Made by a program: the position numbers and the translations under genes | The notes under the pieces: generated by a model | What the model saw: only the letters and a program-made list of their open reading frames with translations | What the model was told of the DNA's origin: nothing | The model's database searches: none | From: a phage | Sequence record: PX136376.1 | DNA length: 44,388 nt | Strand: one strand, 5' to 3' | Shown: one piece after another, positions 42,995-44,388 of the stretch | Position numbering within the stretch: position 1 is the first letter of the stretch | How the letters are laid out: every line of letters begins with the position of its first letter

Positions 42995-43172
42995 CCGTGA
43001 ATACGAAAAGATGATGGTAGAGGCGGTTAACAGCGGCGTAGACATCGGTCATGTGATGCACGTCCTGAATAATAAAATCGCGGTAGCCGAGCAAATGGTG
43101 GAGTCGCTTTATGAGGCGCGCCGCGAACTGATTAACCGCTTCAACCTGAACAAAGGTGACACCAATGCATAA
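42987..43172 (+). CDS. hypothetical protein (61 aa)
   Basis: ORF with ATG start overlapping upstream stop. Confidence 0.45.
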   Translation: MTDREYEKMMVEAVNSGVDIGHVMHVLNNKIAVAEQMVESLYEARRELINRFNLNKGDTNA

Positions 43173-43464
43173 AATCACAATTGCATCGCTCGAGCGCCGT
43201 ATTATGGTGCTTGAGTCGGAGAAACAGACGTTAGGCGGGCAACTGTCAATTAACGGTGAGTTTCAACTGGAGGCGTATAAAGAACTTCTAGAGGCGTTTA
43301 AAGAGCTACAAGCCATCGCGTCTGACATAGAAAATATGATTGGATTGTTGCAATCCGGGGAGTGGGCCGAACACTGCACTAAATCGGCGTTAGGAAAACG
43401 GCTTGAGACGGAGATTACTGACATGCTGAGTTGTCTTGTTGAGGCGCCAGATGAGCACGCCTGA
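43165..43464 (+). CDS. hypothetical coiled-coil protein (~99 aa)
   Basis: heptad-like Leu/Glu-rich sequence; ATG 43165 (frame opens with GTG at 43156). Confidence 0.45.
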   Translation: MHKITIASLERRIMVLESEKQTLGGQLSINGEFQLEAYKELLEAFKELQAIASDIENMIGLLQSGEWAEHCTKSALGKRLETEITDMLSCLVEAPDEHA

Positions 43465-43633
43465 GCCGGTAGTTATCGATGGCGTCCTGTGGAAACCTTA
43501 CTCGGTTAACCACATCGACGCCGATGGGAAGAAGTTCAGTTTCTACATTTTTGCGATTAGCCGCGAGCACGCTGCGTGTGTAGTAGACGATATACGAGAA
43601 ACGGCGTGGCTTGGCGATGAGATAGTGGGGTGA
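43451..43633 (+). CDS. hypothetical protein (60 aa)
   Basis: ATG 43451 with RBS gagg 6 nt upstream. Confidence 0.4.
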   Translation: MSTPEPVVIDGVLWKPYSVNHIDADGKKFSFYIFAISREHAACVVDDIRETAWLGDEIVG

Positions 43634-43637
43634 GAGC

Positions 43638-43721
43638 ATGAGTCTTGAGGTTGTTATAAGTCTGGTTGGTCTTAGTTACTTCATTGGGCTATTGGTCGGT
43701 TTTCTGTGGGGTAGATACTAA
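43638..43721 (+). CDS. small hydrophobic peptide (27 aa)
   Basis: MSLEVVISLVGLSYFIGLLVGFLWGRY; single predicted TM helix; tentative. Confidence 0.25.
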   Translation: MSLEVVISLVGLSYFIGLLVGFLWGRY

Positions 43722-43891
43722 TGTTCAGCGACATCAACGCAGCAATCGAAGAAGCAATCTGGCGCCGTTACAACGGCGAGCAACAGCGTCACTTCTGCCT
43801 GGTGCAACGTGGTAACATGGTCGCCGTGGTGCAGGACCGCGATAACAAATATCCGAATGCGATGTGGACAACGAGGAATTTCTTAGGATGA
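43721..43891 (+). CDS. hypothetical protein (56 aa)
   Basis: TAATG overlap with upstream ORF; tentative. Confidence 0.35.
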   Translation: MFSDINAAIEEAIWRRYNGEQQRHFCLVQRGNMVAVVQDRDNKYPNAMWTTRNFLG

Positions 43892-44124
43892 TTACCAGCA
43901 TTCCTAACCTGATTAAAGAATTTGGTACGATGGCGGAGACATGCCGACAAACCGGTATCAACGAAATGACGATTGCTAAGTACAGTAAAGACGTTGATTG
44001 TGAGCGCCACGTAATTTATAACAATCGTCTGATGACGCACGTTAAGACTAGCCCGGTGTTATTCACGCGCCGTGGTATCACTAAAACTGAGCAACGTATT
44101 GCTAAAGAGGAGAGTGGAGAATGA
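43888..44124 (+). CDS. hypothetical protein with possible HTH (78 aa)
   Basis: ATGA overlap; segment AETCRQTGINEMTIAKYSK is HTH-like. Confidence 0.4.
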   Translation: MITSIPNLIKEFGTMAETCRQTGINEMTIAKYSKDVDCERHVIYNNRLMTHVKTSPVLFTRRGITKTEQRIAKEESGE

Positions 44125-44276
44125 AAAAGTTAACTATCTACTGGAAAACAGGGGCTACGTCAGAACTCGATGTTTTCAGCGTAACGCAGTGTGAAAAGTT
44201 CTGGTATGCCGAAACATTCAACGGTGAAGAGAGAATACCAATCGCACTGGTAGACGGCGGCGATATAACAGAATAA
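44121..44276 (+). CDS. hypothetical protein (51 aa)
   Basis: ATGA overlap; followed by terminator. Confidence 0.35.
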   Translation: MKKLTIYWKTGATSELDVFSVTQCEKFWYAETFNGEERIPIALVDGGDITE

Positions 44277-44285
44277 CCAACCCAC

Positions 44286-44309
44286 AAGCCCTCTACGGAG
44301 GGCTTTTCT
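44286..44309 (+). terminator. rho-independent terminator
   Basis: AAGCCCTC-TACG-GAGGGCTT followed by TTTTCT. Confidence 0.65.
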
Positions 44310-44388
44310 GTACATCCCGCCCAATCCCCTTATATAATCCATTTAGACGCGTAGGGCGCGTCTGGTGCGCTCTGATGGTCAGACGCAT

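Overview
The 44,388-bp window reads as a complete or near-complete genome of a tailed dsDNA phage with siphovirus-type tail genes (lambda-like G/T chaperone pair with a -1 slip, tape measure, M/L/K/J-like tail-tip genes) plus a beta-helix tailspike. No integrase or recombinase was seen, so it looks virulent. Three transcription blocks: (1) a rightward structural module, 1-24,886 (terminase small/large, portal, Mu-F-like head protein, scaffold, major capsid, Ig-like proteins, tail genes, tailspike); (2) a leftward DNA-metabolism module, 24,915-37,906 (SF2 helicase, C5 cytosine methyltransferase, VRR-NUC, HNH, family A DNA polymerase, SSB-like protein, Fe-S PD-(D/E)XK nuclease, primase-helicase), with one embedded rightward XRE-type HTH gene; (3) a rightward block of small genes and lysis genes, 38,401-44,276 (HslV-like Ntn peptidase, holin, second membrane protein, GH24-type endolysin). 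The structural module is interrupted by three reverse-strand cassettes (a DnaN-like clamp fragment; a membrane peptide plus lipoprotein; a secreted protein plus HTH-metallophosphoesterase plus small protein). Each is fronted by a near-identical ~31-bp promoter-like element carrying a palindrome TAATAG-N4-CTATT(C/A); the same palindrome recurs in promoters of the replication and early blocks, suggesting one phage-wide regulon. Rz/Rz1-type spanins lie in the structural module, far from holin/endolysin. All homology calls rest on motifs recalled from memory and on gene order; no database search was possible. Coordinates of regulatory elements are approximate to a few bases.
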